Origin: a virus | Taxonomy: Duplodnaviria > Caudoviricetes | Reading direction: 5' to 3' (one strand) | Virus record (IMG/VR): IMGVR_UViG_3300015050_000731 | Location: 1-44,069 of that record | DNA: 44,069 bases | In this document: piece after piece, positions 1 through 7,981 of the stretch | Layout of the letters: each line of letters begins with the position of its first letter | Numbering within the stretch: position 1 is the stretch's first letter | The notes under the pieces: generated by a model | Database searches by the model: none | What the model saw: the letters and a program-made list of their open reading frames with translations, nothing else | What the model was told of the DNA's origin: nothing | Position numbers and translations under genes: made by a program

Positions 1-123
1 CTGATTGTGGGCGTGATTGAGGGCGAGCGGGTGCCCACGTCCCTCCGCAAGGTCGGCGGCTTGTGGCACTGGCGTATCGGCGTCGTGGGCGGGGCCTTCT
101 ATGTCGCGAAGGGCGGCGGCAAG
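1..123. repeat. Terminal direct repeat, left copy (probably circular assembly overlap)
   Basis: Identical to 43947-44069. Confidence 0.95.
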
Positions 124-347
124 TGAGCAAGCGCAAGACGCTGGTGTACGTCACGGTGCGCGACTGCGGGTTTGCGTTCGGGTGTGTCGGGCAGATCAGG
201 AGCGCCCGCACGGGGGAGGTACTGCGCGAGACTGCCCTGATCTACCCCTACAGCATGGCCGCAAATGCGATGCAGGGGGCGATCACGATCGCCAATCGCG
301 AGCCGCGCTACACCCTCTCAGACAAGAAGCACCATAGGGAGTCCTGA
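123..347 (+). CDS. Hypothetical early protein (VSKRKTLVYV...)
   Basis: GTG at 123 overlaps the TGA (124-126) of the junction-spanning gene. Confidence 0.65.
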   Translation: MSKRKTLVYVTVRDCGFAFGCVGQIRSARTGEVLRETALIYPYSMAANAMQGAITIANREPRYTLSDKKHHRES

Positions 348-349
348 CC

Positions 350-592
350 ATGACCATGACCACGATCCGTTTCGAGAACCCCACCGATGCGGGTTGCCCG
401 ATCGAGCTTGAGGAAATGGAGCGGTACGTCTCCGAAGTCGTGACGCACCTCGAATCGCTCTACGGCGAGTCAGCGGAGATCATCACGAGTGACAGCGGCG
501 GGCAGACTCGGATCTACGTCAACGGCAAGCGAGATCACGATCTTGAGGCTGACGCGCAGTGCATTTGGGAGTCCGGTAGTTTCTGGGCCTGA
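350..592 (+). CDS. Small acidic hypothetical early protein
   Basis: 80 aa ORF, GGGAG upstream, D/E rich. Confidence 0.75.
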   Translation: MTMTTIRFENPTDAGCPIELEEMERYVSEVVTHLESLYGESAEIITSDSGGQTRIYVNGKRDHDLEADAQCIWESGSFWA

Positions 593-770
593 TCCTACGC
601 CGCTAACCGCCCCGAATGACGCGGTACGAGCTAACCCCTGCATTCCAGGCCGCGGGTAATAGGGGGAATCGGAGCCCCCTACAGAAATTTTCTGGACTCT
701 CCGGGCGGTAAGGTTATTAGAAAGTCGGGGCAGGAATCGGCCCCGCACCATGTAGCACCCCACCCGAATA

Positions 771-781
771 GAGAAAGCGAG
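771..781 (+). promoter_or_regulatory. Repeated leader motif GAGAAAGCGAG just upstream of a start codon
   Basis: Same 11-mer at 43280 and 43709, each 6-7 nt before an ATG. Confidence 0.6.
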
Positions 782-788
782 AACACAA

Positions 789-1148
789 ATGCGAGGCGAT
801 ACCGAGATCAGCAATAACGAAGACACGATCGACACCCGGCAGATCGAAGAGAGGATCGACTTCCTCGAAGATACGGAAGACGAAGACGAGAAGACGGAAC
901 TGGACGCGCTTCTGGCCTTCCGTGAAGAGATCCAGAGCATCACCCGAGAGTATGAGCATGGCGAAACGCTGATCCGCGACTCGCACTTTCAGGATTACGC
1001 GGAACAACTCGCGGAAGATTGCGACATGATCCCCAAGGGCCTTTCGTGGCCCATGACCTGCATCGACTGGGAACGCGCGGCGAACGAGCTGAAGTATGAC
1101 TACTCGTGCGCCGATTTCGCGGGCGTGACCTATTGGGTGCGGTTGTGA
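789..1148 (+). CDS. ArdA-like antirestriction / DNA-mimic protein
   Basis: About 28% D+E; C-terminal DYAEQLAED..IP..IDWERAANELKYDY..GVTY resembles the ArdA C-terminal domain. Confidence 0.6.
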   Translation: MRGDTEISNNEDTIDTRQIEERIDFLEDTEDEDEKTELDALLAFREEIQSITREYEHGETLIRDSHFQDYAEQLAEDCDMIPKGLSWPMTCIDWERAANELKYDYSCADFAGVTYWVRL

Positions 1149-1579
1149 GCGGCTACGCTGACTGCGTGTGCTGTGGGACCGTCTACATGCACAGCACCGA
1201 ACCCGACGAAACCGTGATCGGGCCCGACGCGACCGACACACTCTGCGAGACTTGCGCCCACATGGGCTGTGGAGAAGGGGGCGACGACCCGAGTTGCCGA
1301 GACTGCATTCTTGACGGGGCGCGCGGGGTTCACCTGCCCATGGTCTTTGCGGTCAATTTCGATATGACCGCATGGCGTGTCTCCGCGGATGACGTGACGG
1401 CTCTCCGCGCTGGCGTGGATCACCCGGACTACTGGGAAGCGTGGGACTCTGCGATGCGTGGCGCGCATTTCAAAGAGCAGCGCGGGGGTACTGAGATCAC
1501 CTGGCGACTGGAACAGGATGGTGACCTCTTTGCCTATGTCGATCACGTCAAGCTGTTTGAGAAAGGGAGTCAGTCGTGA
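1145..1579 (+). CDS. Hypothetical early protein with N-terminal CxxC pairs
   Basis: GTGA overlap with upstream gene; LDGARG..P..FA, YWEAWD and QDGDL motifs recalled from phage early hypotheticals. Confidence 0.7.
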   Translation: MSGYADCVCCGTVYMHSTEPDETVIGPDATDTLCETCAHMGCGEGGDDPSCRDCILDGARGVHLPMVFAVNFDMTAWRVSADDVTALRAGVDHPDYWEAWDSAMRGAHFKEQRGGTEITWRLEQDGDLFAYVDHVKLFEKGSQS

Positions 1580-2019
1580 GTGCCAAACTCAGTAATGAAG
1601 ACTTGTCTGGGGTCTACTACCAACACAATCCCACGCTTCGCGGTTTTGTTGATGCGCTCCTGTGGGCCAGCGTTGACGACGAAGGCGAACCACTGGATCG
1701 CACCTATGGGCGCGGGGATATCGCACCAGCTACTCTGCGACGCATCGGGGGCTTTATCGCCAGCTTCCACGATGCGGCTGATACCGCGTTCCCGGAGGGC
1801 ACCCCGGAACGCGACGACGGATCGCCCCTTGGGAGCGAGCAAGGAGGACACGATCTGTTTTTGACCGCTGCACACCACGGAGTCGGCTTTTGGGATGGTG
1901 ATTGGGGCGATGGGGGCGACACCCTTACGGAGATCGTGCGCGCGCTAGGTGGGGATGCTTGCGAGTGCGTCTATGTTGGTGACGACGGTATGATCTACAT
2001 CGGCGGGTGGGAGTCATGA
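1576..2019 (+). CDS. Acidic conserved phage hypothetical protein
   Basis: GTGA overlap; GHDLFLT..HHGVGFWD motif. Confidence 0.75.
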   Translation: MSAKLSNEDLSGVYYQHNPTLRGFVDALLWASVDDEGEPLDRTYGRGDIAPATLRRIGGFIASFHDAADTAFPEGTPERDDGSPLGSEQGGHDLFLTAAHHGVGFWDGDWGDGGDTLTEIVRALGGDACECVYVGDDGMIYIGGWES

Positions 2020-2198
2020 CTGACTCGCCTCGCTACTCCCTGGTGATCTCCGCGCGAAACGTGCGCGGGATCATCGGCCTGCCAGTCGCAACGCTGAATA
2101 GCGCAAAAGCACTCGCGCTCGAATGGAAGAAAACACTCACGTCGGAATGGTCGCTGTCAATCGTGGATTCGCAAGGGGTGACACAATGGACGCTTTGA
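2016..2198 (+). CDS. Hypothetical protein
   Basis: ATGA overlap, GGGAG upstream. Confidence 0.6.
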   Translation: MTDSPRYSLVISARNVRGIIGLPVATLNSAKALALEWKKTLTSEWSLSIVDSQGVTQWTL

Positions 2199-2220
2199 TC
2201 TCTGACCATGTGGTGTACGG

Positions 2221-2424
2221 ATGATTAACGAGAAAAGAGAGAAGTCAACGATCTCGCCAAAGCGCGCGCTTGAGATATGGAAGAACCGATCCAGCGGTGG
2301 GGATTTCCACGGTGTTATTTCGCGTGCCGAGGACTTGGAGATCGTGCGTGTCTGGAACACGCTTCCCGGTGACAGGTCGTGGGTAGATACGCTACTGGCA
2401 ATCAGTCGCGGAGAACACACCTAG
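2221..2424 (+). CDS. Hypothetical protein
   Basis: 67 aa ORF continuing the early run. Confidence 0.55.
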   Translation: MINEKREKSTISPKRALEIWKNRSSGGDFHGVISRAEDLEIVRVWNTLPGDRSWVDTLLAISRGEHT

Positions 2425-2453
2425 CAGGTACAGTAAGCCACACCCGAACTGAA

Positions 2454-2501
2454 TAGAGCCGACCTCGCAAGCCTGGAAACGGGTTTGTGGGGTCGGCTCT
2501 A
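2454..2501 (+). terminator. Long hairpin with GAAA tetraloop ending the early cluster (terminator or processing stem)
   Basis: TAGAGCCGACCTCGCAAGCCTG-GAAA-CGGGTTTGTGGGGTCGGCTCTA; G-U pairs favour an RNA stem; weak U tract. Confidence 0.6.
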
Positions 2502-2595
2502 GTCGTTTCGCGCATAGCGTAAACTCTATCATGCACGCACTATGCCTACCGCGTTGACGCGGTGGCCTAGATGCGCGCACCATTCCGCCCCTCCC

Positions 2596-4863
2596 ATGAC
2601 CTACCTTGATCGACCTATTACGATCGCGCTGTACGCGCCCCCGCAGTCTGCGCGTAGCGCGCCCCTGCCCCACAGCACGACGATCTCCGAGCTTGTGGCG
2701 ACTCTCTGCGAGCCACCTCAGATCGTCGCGCGCAAAGGCGACGCCGCAGCATGGTCGCCTATCGCCTATTCGGGCGAACGGCGCGTAGCGTCTGACGCGG
2801 TGAGCGTTTGCGCGCTGGTGTACGACTTGGACCATTCGACGCCCACGGACACCACCAGCGCGCCGCCCACGGAAGCGCAAATGTCCGCGCTGTCAGACGC
2901 CCTGGGATCACTCGGATGGATCTACGCGATCCACGAGACGCACTCGGGGGGGCGCTACCGCCTCGTGATCCCTCTGGGCGAGGATTTGCCCCCCGCGTTC
3001 CACGCGGAAGCGAGGGTTAAAGCCCTAGAAATGCTCGGAAATCCCCCCGCGGACCCTGCGACGGCGGACCTTGCGCGCCTGTACTACGCGCCTAGCTCCC
3101 CAGGCCCTGAGAGATTCGCCGCGTCGGGCGGCGAGCGGCTGTGTAACCCCGCGGATTTCTTACACCTACACGCCCCTACAGGTAGGGTGACAAGCGCAGG
3201 AAGCGCACAAAAAGCCAAACCCCCGGAATCTGGTTTGGGCGAAAACCCGCCCCAGAAAACACTTCCGAAAATTTTTGACCTTCAGGAAATTCGCGCCGAG
3301 GTCGAGGCGCGTCGAGACGACAAGCGCGAACCTCTGGAACAACTCCTCGACGGCACCCTGCGCGTGCCTCCCGGCAATCGTGAAACGCTCCTTCACCCCG
3401 TCCTCTCGGCACTTGCCTGGATGCGGCACGCGCCCACGGAAGGGGTCGTCGAGGTGCTTCTGCGGCGAATCTTCGAGGTCCGCGAAGGCCACGAGCTGCA
3501 CCTCGAAGAGTGGGTACGGAAGGCGACCGACAGCTACGCGCGGGGACTCGAAAAGAAGGCGGCGGCGGATGCGGGGGTGGCCGTCGTGGAGAAATTTTTT
3601 CGAGACGAGAGCTGGCGCGAGAAGCTCCAGTTCAAGACCGACTCGAAGGGGGGCGTGACGGGGCTGAAGCCTACGGAGTCCAACGTCCTGTCCGTCATCG
3701 AGAACGACCCCGCCTTCGCTGGGCACATCAAATGGAACGTGCTCCGTCACTCCCTGGAGATCAAGGGTGGCGTGCTTGAAGGCGAGCCCGCGGAGAGCCT
3801 CGACGTGCCCACGGCTGCGTGGTTCCAGCGCAGCGAGTACCGCTGTGAGGCGTCGCGCGAAGTCGTAGGTGCGTGCCTTCAGCACTACGCCCTCTCGCAC
3901 TCCTATGACCCCGTGCGTGAGTTTCTGGAGGCGCTCCCCGCGTGGGACGGCAAGCCGCGACTGAACGACATGCTGCTCAAGTACGCGAAGGCTGAAGGGA
4001 GCCCTGAGTGGGTCCGAATCATCACCCGAAAATTTTTCATCTCCGCGGTGGCTCGCGCACTGAGCCCCGGCTGTCAGGTGGACACGGTGCTGGTGCTGCA
4101 AGGCGCGCAGGGCGGGGGCAAGACTTCGCTGGTGCGCGTGATGGGCGCAGGCTTCCACGTTGAGACGAACCTGGACCTGCATAGCAAGGACGCCGTGCAG
4201 GTGTCGTCGAGCGCGTGGCTGGTAGAGCTGGGCGAGTTGGCCTCGCTGAAAAAATCGGACGTGGAGTCCACCAGAAACTTTTTGACCCGCAAGGAGGACG
4301 CCATTCGGCTCCCCTACGGGCGCGTGGTGGTCAAGCTCCCGCGCCGCTGCGTGTTCATGGGGACGACCAATAGCAAGCAGCCCTTGAGCGACCCCGAAGG
4401 TAACCGGCGCTTCTGGGTGGTGAGTGTCCGCACCGTGGACACGACGGGCCTCGCGCTCGTGAGGGACCAGTTGTGGGCAGAGGCGATGCACGCCTACAAG
4501 AGCGGTGAGCAGTGGTGGCTGACGCAGGACGAGGCGGCGCGTGCGGTCACGGAGGCGTCCGTGTACGAGGCCGAGGACATCACGAAGATCGAAATCCTGC
4601 GGTGGCTGGAGGACCAGAAGAAGTGGCCGCAGTACCTCCACGCAGCCGAGGTGCTCACCCGCATCATGCACAAGGCCCCAGGGACCATCACGCACATGGA
4701 GGTCGCCGCGGCGAACCGCACGATGTCCTCGCTGGGCTGGGAGCGCACGCGCCGCCGCGTCGCTGGCGTGGCGGTCTACTGCTACCGACTGCCCGACCGC
4801 GCGAAGTACCTCCGCGAACTTGACATGGCCGAAGCTGGTAATATAGATATTGCTGAAACCTGA
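2596..4863 (+). CDS. Primase (AEP/primpol-like N-terminus) fused to VirE/VapE-family P-loop helicase
   Basis: LVYDLDH, HETHS, RYRLVIPL, RLYY at N-terminus; Walker A GAQGGGKTS, ELGEL, GTTN, GNRRFW; start could be 2542. Confidence 0.9.
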   Translation: MTYLDRPITIALYAPPQSARSAPLPHSTTISELVATLCEPPQIVARKGDAAAWSPIAYSGERRVASDAVSVCALVYDLDHSTPTDTTSAPPTEAQMSALSDALGSLGWIYAIHETHSGGRYRLVIPLGEDLPPAFHAEARVKALEMLGNPPADPATADLARLYYAPSSPGPERFAASGGERLCNPADFLHLHAPTGRVTSAGSAQKAKPPESGLGENPPQKTLPKIFDLQEIRAEVEARRDDKREPLEQLLDGTLRVPPGNRETLLHPVLSALAWMRHAPTEGVVEVLLRRIFEVREGHELHLEEWVRKATDSYARGLEKKAAADAGVAVVEKFFRDESWREKLQFKTDSKGGVTGLKPTESNVLSVIENDPAFAGHIKWNVLRHSLEIKGGVLEGEPAESLDVPTAAWFQRSEYRCEASREVVGACLQHYALSHSYDPVREFLEALPAWDGKPRLNDMLLKYAKAEGSPEWVRIITRKFFISAVARALSPGCQVDTVLVLQGAQGGGKTSLVRVMGAGFHVETNLDLHSKDAVQVSSSAWLVELGELASLKKSDVESTRNFLTRKEDAIRLPYGRVVVKLPRRCVFMGTTNSKQPLSDPEGNRRFWVVSVRTVDTTGLALVRDQLWAEAMHAYKSGEQWWLTQDEAARAVTEASVYEAEDITKIEILRWLEDQKKWPQYLHAAEVLTRIMHKAPGTITHMEVAAANRTMSSLGWERTRRRVAGVAVYCYRLPDRAKYLRELDMAEAGNIDIAET

Positions 4864-4875
4864 CCAGGAGACGAC

Positions 4876-5184
4876 ATGACGAACGAAACAAAGCCTTACA
4901 CGCCCGAAGAAGTCGAGCGGAGGCAGAACATCGGCACCACGACGACGCTGGTGCACTGGGGACGAGTACGCGCGACTGCCGTTGCGCTGTCCGCCGAGCG
5001 CGCGAAGGTCGCGCGGCTGACGGAGGCGCTGTTGGCCCTGAAACATCGCGCCCTCGTGTCTGGGCCGTGCTTTTGTTTTCTGTGGCCGGATGAGGAGCAC
5101 GCGGCTGAGTCCTTCCTGCTCCGTGAGGGGCACTGCACCATCTGCACTGCGGCCCGTGCCGTCCTCGCGGAGGTCGCGTCGTGA
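4876..5184 (+). CDS. Hypothetical protein
   Basis: AGGAG RBS; CxC and CxxC motifs. Confidence 0.7.
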   Translation: MTNETKPYTPEEVERRQNIGTTTTLVHWGRVRATAVALSAERAKVARLTEALLALKHRALVSGPCFCFLWPDEEHAAESFLLREGHCTICTAARAVLAEVAS

Positions 5185-5417
5185 CGCTCACTCTCGTCTG
5201 GGTGTCCATGCTGGCGCTGGCCTTCCTGCTCATCGGCGCGCTCGGCTGGACGCTGCTGTGGGCGTCCGTGCTCATGGCCCGCGAGGACCGGGGCGGCCTT
5301 CGTGCGTCGTGGCGCAGAGAGCAGCGGCAGCAGGCGCGGCTGAATGAGCTTCGGAACTGCAACCGCCGACTCGTCTCTGAGTTGCGCGACGCGAAGCCGA
5401 AGGAGGTCGCGCCGTGA
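5181..5417 (+). CDS. Membrane protein (N-terminal TM plus coiled coil)
   Basis: GGAGG RBS, GTGA overlap, hydrophobic N-terminus. Confidence 0.7.
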   Translation: MTLTLVWVSMLALAFLLIGALGWTLLWASVLMAREDRGGLRASWRREQRQQARLNELRNCNRRLVSELRDAKPKEVAP

Positions 5418-5683
5418 AGAAGACGACGCGGACATGGTTGGAGGCGGAACGCGAGTACGGGATCGTACAGGGGACAGTGCGCCTCCTCGCAGATGACGCG
5501 CTCGCCAGCAACGCCGCGCAGCGAGCGACGATTCGCGACCTGCGGGCTGAAAACAAAGAACTGAAGGCGCGACTGGAGGAGATGCGGCTGCGCTCCTGTG
5601 AGTGCAGCCCCAACGAAGTCACCAACTGCGGCGCGTGTGAGCTTGCCAACCTCGATAACAAGTACTGGACGGACGACGGATGA
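5414..5683 (+). CDS. Hypothetical coiled-coil protein with Cys cluster
   Basis: GGAGG RBS, GTGA overlap. Confidence 0.7.
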   Translation: MKKTTRTWLEAEREYGIVQGTVRLLADDALASNAAQRATIRDLRAENKELKARLEEMRLRSCECSPNEVTNCGACELANLDNKYWTDDG

Positions 5684-6150
5684 GTGAAGACTACGACTGG
5701 ACGACGGCGATGCGCGCCCGCGTCTCGGAGCTGGAGGCGCAGCTCGACTCTGAGCGCGCCATCAACTCGTCCGTCGTCGCTCAATTGCAAGCGTCGCGCA
5801 TGCTGCTGGAGGTGTCGCGTGGCGAGTGCGACAGGGCGCTGGCGAAGCTCGCCGCCGCGAACGCGGACCGGGCGCGGCTGCATGGGGCGCTTGCGATGCT
5901 GATGGACACGACCATCGACCAGACCTACTGCCTGAGCGCGACGTGCGGTCGCTGTCAGGAGTGCGATGCGCGCTCCGCCCTCGCATCGTCCGACGCCGCC
6001 GCGTGGCTCCACGAGCGCGACATGAGGGTCGCGGAGGCGGTGAGGAGTGCCTGCATCGAAGCGATGCGCGTGGACGGCACGCCTACCGGGATGCTCCGCT
6101 GTATCATGGAGCCCTTCGACCTCGCCGCCGTCGTCGCGGGGGTCAAGTGA
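5680..6150 (+). CDS. Hypothetical coiled-coil protein with Cys cluster
   Basis: ATGA overlap; C..CxxCxxC. Confidence 0.7.
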   Translation: MSEDYDWTTAMRARVSELEAQLDSERAINSSVVAQLQASRMLLEVSRGECDRALAKLAAANADRARLHGALAMLMDTTIDQTYCLSATCGRCQECDARSALASSDAAAWLHERDMRVAEAVRSACIEAMRVDGTPTGMLRCIMEPFDLAAVVAGVK

Positions 6151-6356
6151 GCCGCGCCTATGACGGCACGGTGGCGATAATCGTGCTCATCATCATCGCC
6201 GCTGTGAGCACCATCAAGCACCGAGAGGGGGAAGCCCAGACTGAGTTCTGGCGGCGCATGTACCTCCAGGCCGACAAGGAGTCTCGCGTACTCAACTGCG
6301 AGCCGCTTGACGGAAACTATGTCATCTGCGAGAGGTCGGCCCATGAAAAGCGTTGA
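6147..6356 (+). CDS. Small membrane protein
   Basis: GTGA overlap; TM segment VAIIVLIIIAAV. Confidence 0.6.
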   Translation: MSRAYDGTVAIIVLIIIAAVSTIKHREGEAQTEFWRRMYLQADKESRVLNCEPLDGNYVICERSAHEKR

Positions 6357-7656
6357 AGGCGGCGTCATCAACGTGCTCTCCCCCTCGATGATCAACTCCT
6401 TCGACGCCAACCAAGCGTTCGGGTGCGAGCGTCGGTGGTGGTACAAGTACGTCAAGGGTCTGAAGGAAGAGTCCACTGGCAATCAGGAGCTGGGGACGAT
6501 GCTCCACGAGCTGGTTGAGCAGCGCCTGCTCACCGGCAAGACCCCCACCATCGAGCACGAGGCCGCGGGCCTGTACCTCGCTGGGCAGGCAATGATTGAG
6601 TCCGTCGCCGCACGGAAAATCATCGGCGTGGAGATGCACGTCGCGGGCTTCCAGCTCGATGGTACGCGCGTGCAAGGCTACATCGACGTGGTGACCGAAG
6701 ACGGCATCATTGACTGGAAGACCTCCTCCGACATTCGCCGCTACGGCAAGACGGAGATGGACCTGCCGAAGGACACGCAGATGGTCATCTACGCCCTCGC
6801 CATGCACCCGGACCTGGACACCGTGAAGCTGGCGCACGGTCAGTTCCAGACCAAGGGTCGTAAGACCACGAACTTCGTGGAAGTCGAAGTTTCGCAGGAG
6901 CACCTTGCGTCTCATAGGGATAAGGTTATTGTCCCTCTGATTCAGAAAATGAAGTCGGCGGCGCGAGAAGAAGATGTCTCGAAGCTGCCCCGCAACGAGA
7001 AGTCCTGTTTCAACTGCACGTTCAAGTCCCACTGTCCCAACAAAGAAAGTGAGTCCGTCATGTCGTTTTTCTCGAAGCTGAAGGCCCCCGCAGCGAACCC
7101 CACGCCCCCGCCCGCTCCCGTGGTGCAGAAGGTGACCCCGCCCGACCAGCCGCCGAGCAAGCCCGAGCTGGCCGCTGTGCCCGTGGAGGGCTTCCAGGCT
7201 GTTCCGCCCCCGCGGAAGATGGTGATGATCGACGTGCCCGCGCCCGAGCCTGAGCCCGTGAAGGTCGCGGAGCCGGTCGTCACCGAGCCCGTGGTCGAAG
7301 CTCCGGTGGAGGCCCCGAAGAAGCGCGGTCGCCCTGTGGGCGCGAAGAACAAGCCGAAGGAACTGGTGGTCGAGAACGTCACCGTCAGTCCCAACCTCAA
7401 GGCCGGTACGGTCATGGTGGTCGAGACGGAGAAGTTCGCCCCCCCTGTCGCGATCAAGTCCTGCACGGTCACCAAGGGTTACACCATCAATCTCGGCAAC
7501 TTCAACTCCGTCCGCTTCGACATCGGCATGATCGCCGAGGGCGAAGACCTGGAGTTGCTCTACTCGACCCTGATGAGCGAGGTCGAGGAGCGGCTGGAGG
7601 CGGAAGCGGCGAAGTACGAAGCGGTCACGGACGAGAAGAACAAGGCGGGCAAGTGA
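6343..7656 (+). CDS. PD-(D/E)XK (Cas4/RecB-like) exonuclease with Pro-rich, AT-hook C-terminal extension
   Basis: LSPS, CERRW, GTMLH, GYID, IIDWKT, QMVIYA, CFNC..HCP (four-Cys Fe-S pattern); KKRGRP. Confidence 0.88.
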   Translation: MKSVEGGVINVLSPSMINSFDANQAFGCERRWWYKYVKGLKEESTGNQELGTMLHELVEQRLLTGKTPTIEHEAAGLYLAGQAMIESVAARKIIGVEMHVAGFQLDGTRVQGYIDVVTEDGIIDWKTSSDIRRYGKTEMDLPKDTQMVIYALAMHPDLDTVKLAHGQFQTKGRKTTNFVEVEVSQEHLASHRDKVIVPLIQKMKSAAREEDVSKLPRNEKSCFNCTFKSHCPNKESESVMSFFSKLKAPAANPTPPPAPVVQKVTPPDQPPSKPELAAVPVEGFQAVPPPRKMVMIDVPAPEPEPVKVAEPVVTEPVVEAPVEAPKKRGRPVGAKNKPKELVVENVTVSPNLKAGTVMVVETEKFAPPVAIKSCTVTKGYTINLGNFNSVRFDIGMIAEGEDLELLYSTLMSEVEERLEAEAAKYEAVTDEKNKAGK

Positions 7657-7814
7657 AGATCATCGTCACCCCGCCACCTCCGCAAGAGGTCGAAATCGTG
7701 ATGCACATCAGCACCGTGGAGTTGGATGCCCTCATCGCGGACCTCTCCGCTGTGAATACGCGAGTCGTCACGCAGTTGCGCGCGGGGCTCCTCGCAGCGG
7801 TGGGCTCGCTGTGA
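7653..7814 (+). CDS. Small protein A (MKIIVTPPPPQ..., 53 aa), not in ORF track
   Basis: GTGA overlaps at both ends; resembles next ORF. Confidence 0.65.
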   Translation: MKIIVTPPPPQEVEIVMHISTVELDALIADLSAVNTRVVTQLRAGLLAAVGSL

Positions 7815-7981
7815 AAATCATCACTACCCCGCCGCCCGAGCCCGCCTTCGAGATGTCCATCCAGATGACGCGCCGCGAGGCGCTCCAGATTCTGGAGATG
7901 CTGAAGAACGCGAAGGTCGCCACGGCACCGTTGCAGCTCGCAGCGGCTATGAACGACATGCTCAGGAACGAAGACCTGTGA
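7811..7981 (+). CDS. Small protein B (MKIITTPPPEP..., 56 aa), not in ORF track
   Basis: GTGA overlaps at both ends. Confidence 0.65.
   Translation: MKIITTPPPEPAFEMSIQMTRREALQILEMLKNAKVATAPLQLAAAMNDMLRNEDL

Noticed and set aside
1-123. 123-bp terminal repeat as a biological direct terminal repeat
   Set aside because: It falls inside a gene that is complete only after circularisation, so assembly overlap is more likely
3166-5133. 655-aa minus-strand ORF opposite the primase-helicase
   Set aside because: Antisense shadow expected from high-GC codon bias; no motifs
6343-7050. Cas4-like gene as evidence of a CRISPR system
   Set aside because: No repeat-spacer array or other cas genes; such nucleases are common in phage replication modules
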